A stretch of DNA of 64,000 nt, taken from positions 128,001 to 192,000 of the forward strand of contig CAWCTR010000008.1 of NCBI GenBank assembly GCA_963798485.1, in the 5' to 3' direction. A model generated the notes under the pieces. The model was not told where the DNA came from. It did not search any database and was given only the letters and a program-made list of their open reading frames with translations. Position numbers and translations under genes: made by a program. This DNA is from an uncultured delta proteobacterium. Lineage in GTDB: Bacteria > Desulfobacterota > Desulfomonilia > UBA1062. This document shows positions 10,008 through 21,399 of the stretch, one piece after another (position 1 is the first letter of the stretch; each line of letters opens with the position of its first letter).

Positions 10008-10298
10008 ATGAACTTTGTAGGATTACAGGCTGCCATGCACCTGTTCGGCCTCAGCGAGAGGGCCACGCTCAAGGAGATCAAGGCCCGGTACCGGAAACTG
10101 GTGAAGCAATATCATCCGGATGCCGGGAATACCAAGAATCAGGAGATGATACGGAAGGTGAATGAAGCAAATCGCATTCTACTTGATTATGTCCAGTCTT
10201 ACCGTTATTCCTTCACCGAAGAGGAATTCTGCGAGCAACACCCGGAAGAGCGAATTAGGAGGCAATTCAAGGACGATCCGCTCTGGGGGAATGGATAG
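10008..10298 (+). CDS. Small J-domain (DnaJ-like) protein
   Basis: EIKARYRKLVKQYHPD HPD motif. Confidence 0.85.
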   Translation: MNFVGLQAAMHLFGLSERATLKEIKARYRKLVKQYHPDAGNTKNQEMIRKVNEANRILLDYVQSYRYSFTEEEFCEQHPEERIRRQFKDDPLWGNG

Positions 10299-10310
10299 GA
10301 ATATCGGTCA

Positions 10311-10825
10311 ATGGATAATAGCAATGTAAAAGTAAGGCCACAGCGAATTATGGTCTTTCAACAAAATGGAAGCGGGGAGAATAAAATCAAAGGAATACGT
10401 CAATTCGGAAGGGATCGTTTTGTTATTGAGACATATGATATTGATGCACCCTTGCCTGGCCTGATCGAAAACAGCAACGGGTATCTCCCGGAAACGATCG
10501 ATGCAGATATTGTCCTCGATTATCTGCAACATCCCGACCTGTCCAAGATGGTAGAGTTGCTGAAATCTCTGTACTACGGAGCGCTCCCTGCGGTGCAACC
10601 TGGGAAGCAGCAAAGCAAACGATCGGAATTCGAATTGAAGAGGCACCTGTACATATCGGCCTCAAAACACAGTACTATTGTACGGCCGATCCCGCTGGTT
10701 GGGATGTGATGTATGGTAAAAGTCCTGTGCATTTTTCGGCAGAACTCAACAAAGTCGCTTTAAAAAAAGCAATAGATCGTTTAAAATGGAAATACTATGT
10801 TGGAATCCACCACTCAAAACAATGA
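10311..10825 (+). pseudogene. DUF166-family gene with internal deletion/frameshift near 10544
   Basis: N-half FQQNGSGENKIKGI...LDYLQHPDLS; C-half in another frame (10544-10825): VLRSAPCGATWEAA...CTADPAGWDVMYGKSPVHF. Confidence 0.65.
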
Positions 10826-11354
10826 TAGGGATGTCAGAAGATTCAAGCCGGTATTCCATGAAAAGGATAAATTCAATCATCCCGGTCAGTTTTTACAACG
10901 CAGATTCAAGGACCCCATGCATTTCGTGTACAATCTTATCGACCTGTTTAGATACACTCCCGATCTGATCCGGGTTTACTTCGGCAGAACGATCTCTCCC
11001 CGCTTTCGTGAGATGATTATGCTGACCGTAGCGAGTACCAATGACTGCAGTGCCTGAACCGATGCACACTATCGATTCGGTCGAATCGCAGGTCTCAGAG
11101 ATGAAGAAATCAAGAATATCGGCCCACTCAGGAAAGAGGATTACGACGAACAGATTTGGGTTGCATTACATTGGGCTAGAAATTATGTCCTCTTTGAAGG
11201 CGACTTCCCGGATAAGAGCGTGGACGAGATTTTCTGTCGAGCATATCCACTCTGTGAACAGAAGGCCATATTTGCCACACTGAAACTGATGCTGTTCTTT
11301 AACATGCTCATGAACGTTTTCAACAAAAAGGGTTCACGCCTGTTGAGAAAGTAA
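10797..11354 (+). CDS. AhpD/carboxymuconolactone decarboxylase-like selenoprotein (CxxU), UGA at 11055-11057; start uncertain
   Basis: REMIMLTVASTNDCSA-TGA-TDAHYRFGRIAGL; the frame stays open for 98 more sense codons to TAA at 11352-11354; SECIS-like hairpin follows. Confidence 0.8.
11058..11093 (+). promoter_or_regulatory. SECIS-like hairpin
   Basis: cgattc-ggtc-gaatcg stem-loop, loop starts 21 nt after the UGA with G first; acc/ggt outer pairing. Confidence 0.7.
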
Positions 11355-11391
11355 AGATGTTTCAGTGGCTATCCTAAACTACAACTTTGTT

Positions 11392-11757
11392 TTAATGGTT
11401 GTGCTCTCCGCATCCGTCGTGGGCAGCGCATGTTGATCCTGAGTCATTCAAAGAGCCTCTGAGCCAGTCCTCGACTACATTTCGCACGTTGCCGCTGCAC
11501 CCGCGTACAACCTCGATCCCATGAGAGTTCAGCACATTGACTGCACCAGCACCCATGTTCCCGGCGAGCATCACCTTTACCCCCATGTTGGCAAGGGCAC
11601 CCACTATGTTGGACTTACAGCCGCAACCAGCAGGCGGTTCCACAATTTCCTGGTTAACGATCTTTTTCTGATCGTCGACCGTGATTACAGTAAAATATTC
11701 ACAATGTCCAAAATGACCATCGACCATGTTCCCATTCGAAGGCAGTGCGATCTTCAT
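11392..11757 (-). CDS. NifB/NifX-family (FeMo-cofactor-binding fold) protein
   Basis: MKIALP...HFGHCEYF...GNMGAGA; Cys/His-rich tail. Confidence 0.85.
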   Translation of the reverse strand: MKIALPSNGNMVDGHFGHCEYFTVITVDDQKKIVNQEIVEPPAGCGCKSNIVGALANMGVKVMLAGNMGAGAVNVLNSHGIEVVRGCSGNVRNVVEDWLRGSLNDSGSTCAAHDGCGEHNH

Positions 11758-12055
11758 ATATTTCTCCATTCATGTATGTGTTACCCCAAAGATGCCGAAC
11801 ACATCGTCCATGATCATCTTCACTGGGGTTATCCAGAAAAGCGTGCAGAGCTTACAGTGCGTTTGATTCATAATAAGCATGCATTCTTAACTCTTCCCCC
11901 ATAGCCTGAAAACTTATCATTAGCAATCCCGACTTTGAGAGCAATGAGCCAACATACTTTTTTTAACGGGTCTTTAAAGGCTTACAAGTATTAAATCACC
12001 ATCTTTTAAGATCAATTGATCATTATAATTAGTTGGTTAGTTTTGTTCGACTCCG

Positions 12056-13399
12056 TCATTTCCGAGGAGCAACCTTGCGGTAGTTCATATTTGACATTAG
12101 TGCAAACATCGTCGCAGTGAAGTCATGGGTTTTCTGAAAGGTTGATAAGGCTTTGTGAAACAACACCGGCCAGGCATAGATTTGCCGGTTAATCTCAATC
12201 ATCTTTTGGGACAACTGATCAGGCTCCATACTACCGGGCCGATGAATCACTTCGGTCATGTCATAGTGGTCCCAATCTTTATGAAAATTGGTATAGAGTA
12301 ATCGCTGCTCTTTACAATATCGGTCAAAAATCCGTGTGCCAGGCAGCGGAGTCAGGAAGGTGGTCTGCATCACATCTATTTCATGATGAACCATGTAGTC
12401 GGCGCGCTGTTGCAGTTTATCGGGGGTGTCACTATCCACTCCGAAGATGAAGGCGCCCAAAACAGCAATCCCTGCACGGTTGATACGACGGAATGCCTGT
12501 GAGTAATAATCTACTCCACGATTAATATTGAGGTGCTTGTTGACCTCTTCCAGGGCACCATCTTCCTCTGCTTCAAGCCCTAAGAAGACCATCTTGCATC
12601 CGGCGCGGCTTGCCCAGGAAACCACCTCGTCATCATCCCCGAAGTTGAGTGAAGCCTGGCAGAACCACCACTTGTTCAGCCTGCGCTCCACCATCCCTTT
12701 GAAAATCGCCAAGGCCTGTTCACGCGACTCCTTGCCATACCCGATGATATTGTCATCCACAAAGAATATCATTTTCTCCGGGATAGTCTCCAGTTCAGCC
12801 AATACTTCCCAGGGAGGACGGCGGCGGTATCGCCTTCCATTAAAGGCGCTCACCGAACAGAATTCGCAGTCCATGGGACAACCCCTTGAGGTTTGCACAG
12901 AGGCGAACATGTAGCTAGGATGAAACAGGTCCCTCCGCGGGTTCGGTACGCCTGACAAATCAGACCAGCCGCCCTTGTACATCTGCTGGAGACTCCCGGC
13001 CTCGACATCGGCTATGACTTGAGGCCATACGGCCTCAGCCTCGCCGATAACCACGGCATCTGTAAAACAAAGGGCTTCTTCCGGGCACATGGAGGCATGG
13101 ATACCCCCTATCACCACAGGCACACCTCGTTGCCGATAGATCGAGGCAATCTCATATGCCCGATTCGCAGAGGCGGTAAAGGCCGTAATGCCCACCAAAT
13201 CCGCTTCTTCATAGGAGAAGGGCTCCCAGTTCTCATCAAGCAGCTTTACATCCCATGAGGAAGGGGTAGCGGCTGCGACAATCCCCAAGCCGATGGGGGG
13301 AAACCGTGAAGACCTGTTGACGGTGAGGCCTACACGCGCAGGATTCACAGGATTAATGAGGACCAGTCTCCGGTGGTTCAAGTTATTATTAAGTTGCAT
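12056..13399 (-). CDS. B12-binding-domain radical SAM protein
   Basis: DLVGITA...VVIGGIHAS B12 domain; SRGCPMDCEFC; TPLPGT. Confidence 0.9.
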   Translation of the reverse strand: MQLNNNLNHRRLVLINPVNPARVGLTVNRSSRFPPIGLGIVAAATPSSWDVKLLDENWEPFSYEEADLVGITAFTASANRAYEIASIYRQRGVPVVIGGIHASMCPEEALCFTDAVVIGEAEAVWPQVIADVEAGSLQQMYKGGWSDLSGVPNPRRDLFHPSYMFASVQTSRGCPMDCEFCSVSAFNGRRYRRRPPWEVLAELETIPEKMIFFVDDNIIGYGKESREQALAIFKGMVERRLNKWWFCQASLNFGDDDEVVSWASRAGCKMVFLGLEAEEDGALEEVNKHLNINRGVDYYSQAFRRINRAGIAVLGAFIFGVDSDTPDKLQQRADYMVHHEIDVMQTTFLTPLPGTRIFDRYCKEQRLLYTNFHKDWDHYDMTEVIHRPGSMEPDQLSQKMIEINRQIYAWPVLFHKALSTFQKTHDFTATMFALMSNMNYRKVAPRK

Positions 13400-13417
13400 T
13401 ATCAAACCATTATAATA

Positions 13418-13435
13418 TAATACCTATTGGTATTA
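13418..13435. promoter_or_regulatory. Palindrome TAATACC-tatt-GGTATTA (putative MarR operator)
   Basis: Perfect 7-4-7 inverted repeat in the short divergent intergenic gap. Confidence 0.5.
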
Positions 13436-13465
13436 CAACTATTAATTTGGAAGGAAGAAGAAATA

Positions 13466-13915
13466 ATGCCTCTTTCAGATAAGGAATACCTTCAATTAAA
13501 CCAGGCATTGTTCAGCTTGTCACAGGCCTACTACATACGTGCTGCAAAGTATGAGAAGAACAATAAGACCGGCCTTGCTTTTTCCGACCGGGCGGTGCTG
13601 ATGGTGGTGGGCCAATTGGCTCCGATCCACTCTCGCCAATTATCGAACTTGATGAGTATCAACCCCGGCACGATTTCTCAGTATGTCCATAGCCTTGTCA
13701 AAAAGGGATTGATCGAAAAAAAGCAGGATGAAAATGACCGTCGCAAATGGTGGTTGGGTCTTACGAAAAAAGGGCAGGTCATCTATCAGCAAACAATCAC
13801 AGAAGCGGTTGCATACACCAGAGACTTTATATCCGCACTGAATGGAACAGAACAAAAAACACTCCATCAATTGCTTTTAAAGGCATCCCATAGCCTTGGA
13901 TTCGAGTGGCAATAG
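13466..13915 (+). CDS. MarR-family regulator
   Basis: INPGTISQYVHSLVKKGLI...DENDRR...LTKKG. Confidence 0.88.
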   Translation: MPLSDKEYLQLNQALFSLSQAYYIRAAKYEKNNKTGLAFSDRAVLMVVGQLAPIHSRQLSNLMSINPGTISQYVHSLVKKGLIEKKQDENDRRKWWLGLTKKGQVIYQQTITEAVAYTRDFISALNGTEQKTLHQLLLKASHSLGFEWQ

Positions 13916-13917
13916 AA

Positions 13918-15087
13918 ATGCGAATCCTGTGGGCGGCCAGTTCAGTAGGAAAAGGTCACATCATGCGTGACATTGCCATAGTCAACCAGCTTCAGGGTAT
14001 AGCAGATGTCGAAGTTGATTGGCTTATCCCTGATCCTGGTGGGGAATTTGTGCGCTGTAGGGGTTACCATGTCTTGGATTATTCAGGACAACTCTCAGGC
14101 AGTGGAAAGGCCTATGCACAGGTTTTTAATAGCAGTACAAATGAATTCAACCTGATGAGGTATATAAAGGCTGATACGAGGCTTCACAAGCATGATTTCT
14201 TTATCAGCAAGAAGGCTTGGGAAGACAAAACATATAATGTGATCATTGGTGATGAGGCCTTCTGGCTCCTTACGGGTTTTGCTTCGAGATGGTCAAAAAA
14301 GCCTGCCCCCTTTATTTTCCTCACGGATTTTATTGGAACCAAGGCGATGCGCATGCGCATCCGTGATCACCTCATTGCATGGTACAACAACATCCGGTTT
14401 ACCATGAGCTTCCTCGGCCCTGATGTGTATATCTACATTGGCACAGCAGAAGAAATACCCGCTGAGCGGCTAGGCTTTCTACTGCCCAGCAGGCGAAAAT
14501 GGGCACAGCGTCATTGCCGTTTTGTTCAGCCTATTGTCAACTTCGATCCTATGGCCCTGCCTGGGAAAGTATTGCAACGGGAGCAGCTTGGTCTACCCAA
14601 AGACGGCATAATATTCTTGGCAACTATTGGGCCAGAAGGTGACTATCGGGCACGAACAGCATATATAGAGAAGGTGTTTGAACGTCTACGGTCGGATTTC
14701 CCTGTTGCCCATTTCATAGTTGTGTGCCCCGAGAATGGTGGGAAAGAGTGGATTCAGTACTACAATTATCTCGATAGATTATATGAATACTTTGCAGCTT
14801 CTGATTTTGTGTTCACCCAATCAGGATATGGGAAGGTAGTAGAATTGTCAGCATTGGGGGTACCGTTCATCGGTATGCCCTTGGATTACCACTTCGAACA
14901 AGAATATGTGATGTCCCATCGCTTGGAGCATTACGGGGTAGGTAAGCTGGTCACGCTTCGAGATCATTCTCCGGAAGCACTTGCAGCGGAAGCCCGAAAA
15001 CTCATGGGAAAGCACCCGAGAAAGATTGCTGCGAATAATGGCATAGAAGTGGCCGACATTATTCTGGGTGCCATCCGAAGGAACTGA
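13918..15087 (+). CDS. GT-B glycosyltransferase (GT28/GT1-like)
   Basis: SVGKGHIMRD N-terminal motif; ASDFVFTQSGYGKVVELSALGVP...HFEQ. Confidence 0.75.
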   Translation: MRILWAASSVGKGHIMRDIAIVNQLQGIADVEVDWLIPDPGGEFVRCRGYHVLDYSGQLSGSGKAYAQVFNSSTNEFNLMRYIKADTRLHKHDFFISKKAWEDKTYNVIIGDEAFWLLTGFASRWSKKPAPFIFLTDFIGTKAMRMRIRDHLIAWYNNIRFTMSFLGPDVYIYIGTAEEIPAERLGFLLPSRRKWAQRHCRFVQPIVNFDPMALPGKVLQREQLGLPKDGIIFLATIGPEGDYRARTAYIEKVFERLRSDFPVAHFIVVCPENGGKEWIQYYNYLDRLYEYFAASDFVFTQSGYGKVVELSALGVPFIGMPLDYHFEQEYVMSHRLEHYGVGKLVTLRDHSPEALAAEARKLMGKHPRKIAANNGIEVADIILGAIRRN

Positions 15088-15130
15088 AGCTTGTTTGGCC
15101 TCAAACCACCCCTTCCTATACAGTCTGTGC

Positions 15131-18100
15131 TTACTCCCCCTGACCTTCCCTCTTCGGTACACTCGGGCATGGCTTGTTCTTAAAAAACTGGTAGTAGAGA
15201 AGCGGCACGATGATAAGGGTTAGGGCTGTTGAGGCCACAGCCCCGAACATCATGGCAATGGCAAGCCCTTGGAAGATCGGGTCGAACAGCATGACAAACG
15301 ACCCCACAACTACCGCAGCCGCGGTGAGCACAATGGGCCGGAAGCGTACCGACCCTGCCATGATCAGGGCCTGACGCAGCTCACCCTTTTCCCTCCACTC
15401 CATCTGGATGAAGTCAACGAGCAGGATGGAATTGCGCACCACGATCCCGGCAAGCGCAATGAACCCGATCATGGATGTGGCCGTGAAAAAGGCCCCGAAG
15501 AGCCAGTGTCCGGGCAGTATCCCCACCAGAGTCAGCGGTATGGGGGCCATGATGACGAGTGGTGTTACAAAGCTCCTGAACCAGGCCACCACCAGGATGT
15601 AAATAATGATAAGTACAACGGCAAATGCTGCCCCGAGGTCCCGGAAGACCTCATAGGTGATATGCCATTCACCGTCCCACTTCATGGAATACCTATCTTC
15701 CAGCCAAGGCTGGACCGAGGAATACTGCTTCATCGCATATCCTTCGGGCAGCTTCATCTTGGCGATTGCCTCCTTCATGGTCATGATGGCATAAATCGGG
15801 CTCTCTTCCTTGCCCGCCACATCGCCGGTAACATAGGTGACCCTCTTGAGGTTCTTGTGATAAATGGTCTTTTCCTCTAAGCCGTTATGAACCCTTACAA
15901 GCCCTGCCAAAGGAACGAAACCACCTGAGGGTGTCGGTACGGTAAGCGAGAGCAGCCTGTTCAGGTCGGATCGCTGGTCAAGAGGCATACGGAGCATGAT
16001 CTCTACCGGCTCCTTTTCGCTGTCCATGTGCACAAGCCCGGCCCCAGCACCACTCAAGGCAATACAAAGGAGCTGGGCAATTGCCTGGGTGCTTATACCG
16101 TTTTGAGATGCCTTTTCCTGGTCCACTTCGAAACTGACCTTATTCTGATCATCCTCCACCATCCAATCCACATCAACCACACCATCGGTCTTCTCGAATA
16201 TGCTGCGAACCTGCCTTGCGATCTCAACTTGCCTGTTCGTGTTGGGACCATAGATCTCTGCCACAAGGGTGCTCAGGACCGGCGGCCCCGGCGGGATTTC
16301 AGCTACCTTGATGCGGGCGGCATATTTATCGCCGATCTTCTTGAGCCCCGGCCTCAAGCGTTTGGCAATATCATGGCTCTGGGCCTTGCGATCTCCCTTT
16401 GCCGTGAAATTCACCTGGATATCAGCCACGTTGCTGCCGCTTCTTAGGTAGTAATGCCGCACAAGTCCGTTGAAATTGTATGGGGATGCAGTGCCTACAT
16501 AGGCCTGGTAATCCGTGACCTCGGGCACTGTCTTTAAATACTCGGCCATCTCCCTAGTGGCAGCAGCCGTCTCCTCCAATGTCTTGCCTTCTGGCATGTC
16601 GATGATGACCTGCAGCTCGCTCTTGTTGTCAAAGGGAAGCATCTTCACTGTCACTGCCTTTAAAGGCAAGAGTACCAAGGCGAGCACGAGCAGCCCAAAG
16701 ATTACAGCAAAGGCGATCATGCGCTTCTTCGGTATGTCGATAAGTGGGCCTAAGAGCTTCTCATAGAAGTTTTTGAGCCCTGCACCTTCTTCATGCCCCT
16801 GCTCATGGTGCACGTTTTTCAGGACCATATAGGCGAGCCATGGGCTTACAATAAACGCTACAAGCAGTGAAAAGATCATGGCAGCGGATGCCCCCACAGG
16901 AATTGGCCTCATATACGGCCCCATCAGGCCGGACACAAAGGCCATGGGCAGAAGAGCAGCTATGACCGTGAAAGTAGCCAGGATCGTCGGGTTACCTACC
17001 TCATCCACAGCAAAAACCGCTGTCAGGGGTTCGATAGCATGCATGCGGAAATGGCGATTGATGTTCTCCACCACAACTATGGCGTCATCCACTAGGATGC
17101 CTATAGAGAAGATAAGGGCGAACAGGGTAACACGGTTGAGTGTGTACCCATAGAGATAATTGATGAGCAATGTTAGTGCCAGTGTTACCGGGACAGCGAC
17201 TGCAACAACAATGGCCTCCCGGCGCCCTAAGGCAAGGGCGATAAGGATGATGACCGAGACAGTGGCAATGAGCATGTGGTACAGGAGCTCATTTGACTTT
17301 TCCTTTGCTGTCTCACCATAATCCCTTGTCACCGTCACCTGTACTTCCGTTGGTATGAGCTTACCCTTGAGGGCCTCGACCTTATGCAAGGCGTCTTCAG
17401 CCACAACACTTGCATTGGCACCCTTCTTTTTGGAGATTGCGAGGGTCACCGCCTCGTACTGCCCGGTAGGATCGGCCTTTAATCCCTTATGGGATGCGGC
17501 AGGACCGAGGCCCATAAAGACATAGTTCGCAGGTTCCTCCGGTCCATCGGTTATTCTGGCAACATCGCGCAGGTATACGGGCCTGTTATTATCGACATTG
17601 ATGACGATATTACCGACTTCTGTCGCGTCCTTAAGAAAACGGCCCGTCTCCACAATGGTCTCCAGGTTGCCTGAAGGGAAAGCCCCGGACGGGATGATGA
17701 CATTTGCCTGCTGGAGCATGTTCATGATCTGGAAGGCAGATACATGGTGTGCCTGCAGGCGCGTCGGGTCCAAAGTGACGATGACCTGGCGGCGCTGCCC
17801 CCCGGTCACTGAGGTTTCCGAGACATCCTGACCTTTTTTGATCTCCTCACCGAGTTGCATGGCTACCCGACGCAGCTCATAGCCCGAGTATTGTGGCTTG
17901 TCACTCCACAGTGTGAGCGTCAGAATGGGGACATCATCGATAGACTTTGGTTTCACCAGCGGCTGAGAGACACCTGCCGGGATGATGTCGTAGTTGGACA
18001 TCAGCTTGTTATAAAGTTTCACCAGGCTGGCTTCCATGTTTTCGCCAACATAGAAGCGGACGATGGTCAGATTGTAGCCGGGCTTTACAATGGAATAAAC

Positions 18101-18355
18101 GTACTCCACTCCCTTGATCTCCCAGAGAAGCTTCTCCATGGGATAGGTGACCCGTTGCTCAACCTCTTTCGGGGTTGCCCCGGGGTAGGGTACAAAGACA
18201 TCGATCATGGGCACCACAATCTGGGGTTCTTCCTCCCTGGGTGTTACCATGACGGCAAACACGCCCATAAGAAGTGCGGCAGCCACTATTAAGGGTGTCA
18301 GCTTTGACTGGATGAAGGCCTTAGCTATCCTTCCGGAGATGCCGACCATCTTCAT
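15131..18355 (-). CDS. RND efflux transporter permease (AcrB/D/F family, PREEEPQI subgroup)
   Basis: [21 protein letters not shown]; 1074 aa. Confidence 0.92.
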   Translation of the reverse strand: MKMVGISGRIAKAFIQSKLTPLIVAAALLMGVFAVMVTPREEEPQIVVPMIDVFVPYPGATPKEVEQRVTYPMEKLLWEIKGVEYVYSIVKPGYNLTIVRFYVGENMEASLVKLYNKLMSNYDIIPAGVSQPLVKPKSIDDVPILTLTLWSDKPQYSGYELRRVAMQLGEEIKKGQDVSETSVTGGQRRQVIVTLDPTRLQAHHVSAFQIMNMLQQANVIIPSGAFPSGNLETIVETGRFLKDATEVGNIVINVDNNRPVYLRDVARITDGPEEPANYVFMGLGPAASHKGLKADPTGQYEAVTLAISKKKGANASVVAEDALHKVEALKGKLIPTEVQVTVTRDYGETAKEKSNELLYHMLIATVSVIILIALALGRREAIVVAVAVPVTLALTLLINYLYGYTLNRVTLFALIFSIGILVDDAIVVVENINRHFRMHAIEPLTAVFAVDEVGNPTILATFTVIAALLPMAFVSGLMGPYMRPIPVGASAAMIFSLLVAFIVSPWLAYMVLKNVHHEQGHEEGAGLKNFYEKLLGPLIDIPKKRMIAFAVIFGLLVLALVLLPLKAVTVKMLPFDNKSELQVIIDMPEGKTLEETAAATREMAEYLKTVPEVTDYQAYVGTASPYNFNGLVRHYYLRSGSNVADIQVNFTAKGDRKAQSHDIAKRLRPGLKKIGDKYAARIKVAEIPPGPPVLSTLVAEIYGPNTNRQVEIARQVRSIFEKTDGVVDVDWMVEDDQNKVSFEVDQEKASQNGISTQAIAQLLCIALSGAGAGLVHMDSEKEPVEIMLRMPLDQRSDLNRLLSLTVPTPSGGFVPLAGLVRVHNGLEEKTIYHKNLKRVTYVTGDVAGKEESPIYAIMTMKEAIAKMKLPEGYAMKQYSSVQPWLEDRYSMKWDGEWHITYEVFRDLGAAFAVVLIIIYILVVAWFRSFVTPLVIMAPIPLTLVGILPGHWLFGAFFTATSMIGFIALAGIVVRNSILLVDFIQMEWREKGELRQALIMAGSVRFRPIVLTAAAVVVGSFVMLFDPIFQGLAIAMMFGAVASTALTLIIVPLLYYQFFKNKPCPSVPKREGQGE

Positions 18356-19485
18356 TGCCTTATCTCCGCTTTGATGACGCCCCCATCGATGGCCTTATCG
18401 ATACCGTCGGTGATGATCCGCTCATTCGGGAAGAGACCTGATAAGACTTCAATACCCTTGTCCGCCAAAGTGCCTTCTCTGATCAAGCGGTACGTGATGA
18501 CCCCTTTTGCATCGACAACATACACGCCGGTCAATTGGCCTTTGTGGACAATAGCTTTCTCTGACACAAGAATTGCTCTTCTCATTCCTACGGGGATCTT
18601 CACACGCACATAGAGGCCGCTTCTGAGTTCCTTCTCCGGAAGGCCTATCTTGATAAGAAATGTTCTGGAGCTGGGGTTGATATCAGGAAGAATCTCCCTG
18701 ACCGTACCCTTAAGATGTTTCCCAAATGACTCAATGTTCACATCTGCAGGCATGCCTGCCTTGATCTTACCGCTGAGGCCTTCGTCTATGGCTGCATCTA
18801 CATAGGCATCGCCCAGAGCCTCAATGACCAGCATAGGCATCCCTGGTGAGGCCATGCTGCCCATATCGATCTGCTTCTTTGTCACCACACCGGCAGCAGG
18901 AGCAACGATACGGGTGAAGGCCAGGTATGTCTCGGCCTCTTCCATCATGGCCTTTGCCCGTTCGAATTCCGACTTGGCCACATTCCGCTGCGTCTCGAAC
19001 TGATCCATCTCCTGGCCGGACAGTGCCTTTTGATCATACAGATTGTGATAGCGTTTCCATGTGGTCTCGGTCAGGTCCATGTTCTGGCGGGCAGCCTCCA
19101 ATGCCATAGAGGCCGCTTTCACTCGCTGGAACGCATCACGGTCATCCAGGGTAATGAGTAGTTGCCCTGCCTTGACAAAGTCCCCCTCCCGTACATGCAG
19201 GGAGGTGACAGCGCCCATCACCCGGCTGGCAATGACGCTTACACGGTCAGAACGGATGGTCCCTGAAGTCTCATACAACTCATCTACCTGAGAAAGGGCA
19301 ACAGCAGACACCGTGACACCGATGACGGACGGCCTTGCGGTATATTCTTTCCCGGCCTTTTCCCGGCATCCCAGCCACAGCCCACTGAACATCGTCATAC
19401 ATACAAAGAGACAGAAAATTGTCAGGAAACGAACACCCTGAATCTCCTTCATATCATTTTCTCTCAGAACACCTCTCATGCTCAT
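18352..19485 (-). CDS. RND periplasmic adaptor (MFP)
   Basis: [24 protein letters not shown]. Confidence 0.9.
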   Translation of the reverse strand: MSMRGVLRENDMKEIQGVRFLTIFCLFVCMTMFSGLWLGCREKAGKEYTARPSVIGVTVSAVALSQVDELYETSGTIRSDRVSVIASRVMGAVTSLHVREGDFVKAGQLLITLDDRDAFQRVKAASMALEAARQNMDLTETTWKRYHNLYDQKALSGQEMDQFETQRNVAKSEFERAKAMMEEAETYLAFTRIVAPAAGVVTKKQIDMGSMASPGMPMLVIEALGDAYVDAAIDEGLSGKIKAGMPADVNIESFGKHLKGTVREILPDINPSSRTFLIKIGLPEKELRSGLYVRVKIPVGMRRAILVSEKAIVHKGQLTGVYVVDAKGVITYRLIREGTLADKGIEVLSGLFPNERIITDGIDKAIDGGVIKAEIRQ

Positions 19486-19495
19486 CTCCCTGTCT

Positions 19496-20884
19496 TCAGT
19501 CTTCTATATTCAGGTCTTTCAGGATCGTCCCACTCTCATAGCTGAGTGTGGCCACTGCCAGAATATATGAGTTCTCACGGTCTAAGAGGCCTGCTCTCGC
19601 CTGTTCCAGACTTGCCTGGGTGTTCAGGAGATCTGCCAGAGACACAAGGCCGTTCTCATACCGCAATCGCACCAGTCGTGCACCCTCCTCGGCAGTTTTG
19701 AGGGCCTCCTGTGCGAGGTCTCGGTTCTTTCTTGCTTCCTCGATATTAAGGTATGCTTCTGTAATCCGATAGGAGACGCCCTGCTTCAGTGCGGCAAGCT
19801 GTTCATCTGCCTGAGATGCAAGGTGGATTGCTTTTGCCCGTTCGTATTCTCGCTTAGTTCCATCGAACAGATCCCAGCGCAGGAAGGCCATCACCTGCCA
19901 GCTGTCGCCCTCGGAGCCTAAGGGCCGGTTATGATCGTTAAACTGATATGTCCCGCCAACACCTACATAAGGGAAGTAACCTGCCTCCGCCATGCGGATA
20001 TTCTGCCGGGCATTCTCCTGGCGTAATTGTGCCGCTCGTATATCACTCCGTGATTCAGCAGCTTTGACATATAAGGAGAGATCCTTTAAAGGCAGGTCGA
20101 CGGTTCTATCCGAAACATCAATAGCCTCTGTTGTGGACAGAAGAAGGCCAAGAGCACGTTTAGCCAGATTGAGATTCTTATCAGCGCTGTTCTTTCTCTG
20201 CTGGGCTTCCATCAGGGCTGTGGTGGCACGTAGGGTGTCGGAATACTGGCCCAGATTGTTGTTATAACGGAGGTTTGCTATCCGAAGGTTCTCCTTGGCC
20301 TCTTCGACACTCTTTGCCACTGCTTGAACATATTCTTTTGTACTGATAATCATAAGGCTGGCCCTAATGACCTGAAAGGCCACGTCCTCCTGCTTCCGTT
20401 TAAGCTCATCATCCTTTGCGAGGGACTCCTTCTTGGACATGTCGAGGCCGATGAAGGCCTTCCTCACATATAATGGCTGCTCGACGGTGAATGATGTCTG
20501 GTAGTCGCCGATTGCATCGGGATGGTTGAGAAGATCCGGGTTAAAATCCTGCTGAGTGATGCGTTCCTGATTCAATCTATCCATGAATGCATATGTGGGG
20601 TTGGTCGTTCTGGAATACCGCTCTTCAAAGCTCACCTTTGGCAGGAGATAGCTGCGGGCTACTCCGATATCACTGCCCTGGGCCATGGATGAACTCGTCG
20701 TGGACCGGATCTCGTGATTGTTGTCGAGTGCAGAGTGGACTGCCTCGATGACGGTCATCTGATGTTCAGGAATCTGGTCCTGAGCCCAGGCACACGTATG
20801 TAATATGGGAAGGAGTGATACAATGCTAACCATCATGATTATAAGAATGGCGGGTTGCATGTTATGGTGAACCGACAGCTTCAT
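19496..20884 (-). CDS. TolC-family outer-membrane protein
   Basis: Signal peptide, two OEP repeats, RYENGLVSLADLL. Confidence 0.88.
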   Translation of the reverse strand: MKLSVHHNMQPAILIIMMVSIVSLLPILHTCAWAQDQIPEHQMTVIEAVHSALDNNHEIRSTTSSSMAQGSDIGVARSYLLPKVSFEERYSRTTNPTYAFMDRLNQERITQQDFNPDLLNHPDAIGDYQTSFTVEQPLYVRKAFIGLDMSKKESLAKDDELKRKQEDVAFQVIRASLMIISTKEYVQAVAKSVEEAKENLRIANLRYNNNLGQYSDTLRATTALMEAQQRKNSADKNLNLAKRALGLLLSTTEAIDVSDRTVDLPLKDLSLYVKAAESRSDIRAAQLRQENARQNIRMAEAGYFPYVGVGGTYQFNDHNRPLGSEGDSWQVMAFLRWDLFDGTKREYERAKAIHLASQADEQLAALKQGVSYRITEAYLNIEEARKNRDLAQEALKTAEEGARLVRLRYENGLVSLADLLNTQASLEQARAGLLDRENSYILAVATLSYESGTILKDLNIED

Positions 20885-20961
20885 TTTATCGCCCCCTTAA
20901 TGAGATAATTTTCAGAGAAGAAATGTATTCAAAGCTATATTTCTTATACTGTGATACCCCG

Positions 20962-21084
20962 CTAATTCAATACCAACGCAGAATGTACTGCGAGAAAATA
21001 GACATGGGCAGTGTTGTCTGTCTTTGAGGCAAGGGCCTCAAACGTGTTGTCATCGGCATGGATAACGTATTCTTTTTCCACCAT
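20962..21084 (-). pseudogene. Probable thioredoxin N-terminal remnant (40 aa)
   Basis: MVEKEYVIHADDNTFEAL... with an AAGGAG RBS; diverges before any WCxxC. Confidence 0.4.
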
Positions 21085-21162
21085 TTTTCACTCCTTGAAA
21101 TGTTAATTTCTTTTGAACCAGGATTCTTCCTCATGATAAGAAGGTTTCATCCCATGAGGTTA

Positions 21163-21204
21163 AATATAGGTCAGATCAGTGGTATGGTCATTGATCTAGA
21201 TCAT
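21163..21204 (-). promoter_or_regulatory. FNR-like box TTGATCTAGATCAT (21191-21204) with TATATT -10 at class II spacing
   Basis: 9/10 match to TTGAT-N4-ATCAA; minus-strand TATATT at 21168-21163 fits a box centred at -41.5. Confidence 0.55.
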
Positions 21205-21218
21205 TGGAATGGATTTTT

Positions 21219-21296
21219 ATGGACACGCTGAAACGGATTCAGGACATACCTCTCTTCGGAACATGCATCAAGAAAGATTTGTATACCAGGGGATAA
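21219..21296 (+). pseudogene. Possible Crp/Fnr regulator N-terminal remnant (25 aa)
   Basis: MDTLKRIQDIPLFG resembles the L..IPLF start of cNMP-binding regulators. Confidence 0.25.
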
Positions 21297-21399
21297 GCCC
21301 CTTGCTTATATCGTCTCCTCCTTTATAAATCTATTGGAGAAACTGAAGGTTATACAGATTATGTCTCTATACATTTGGAGGATTTATAAACATGTATAA

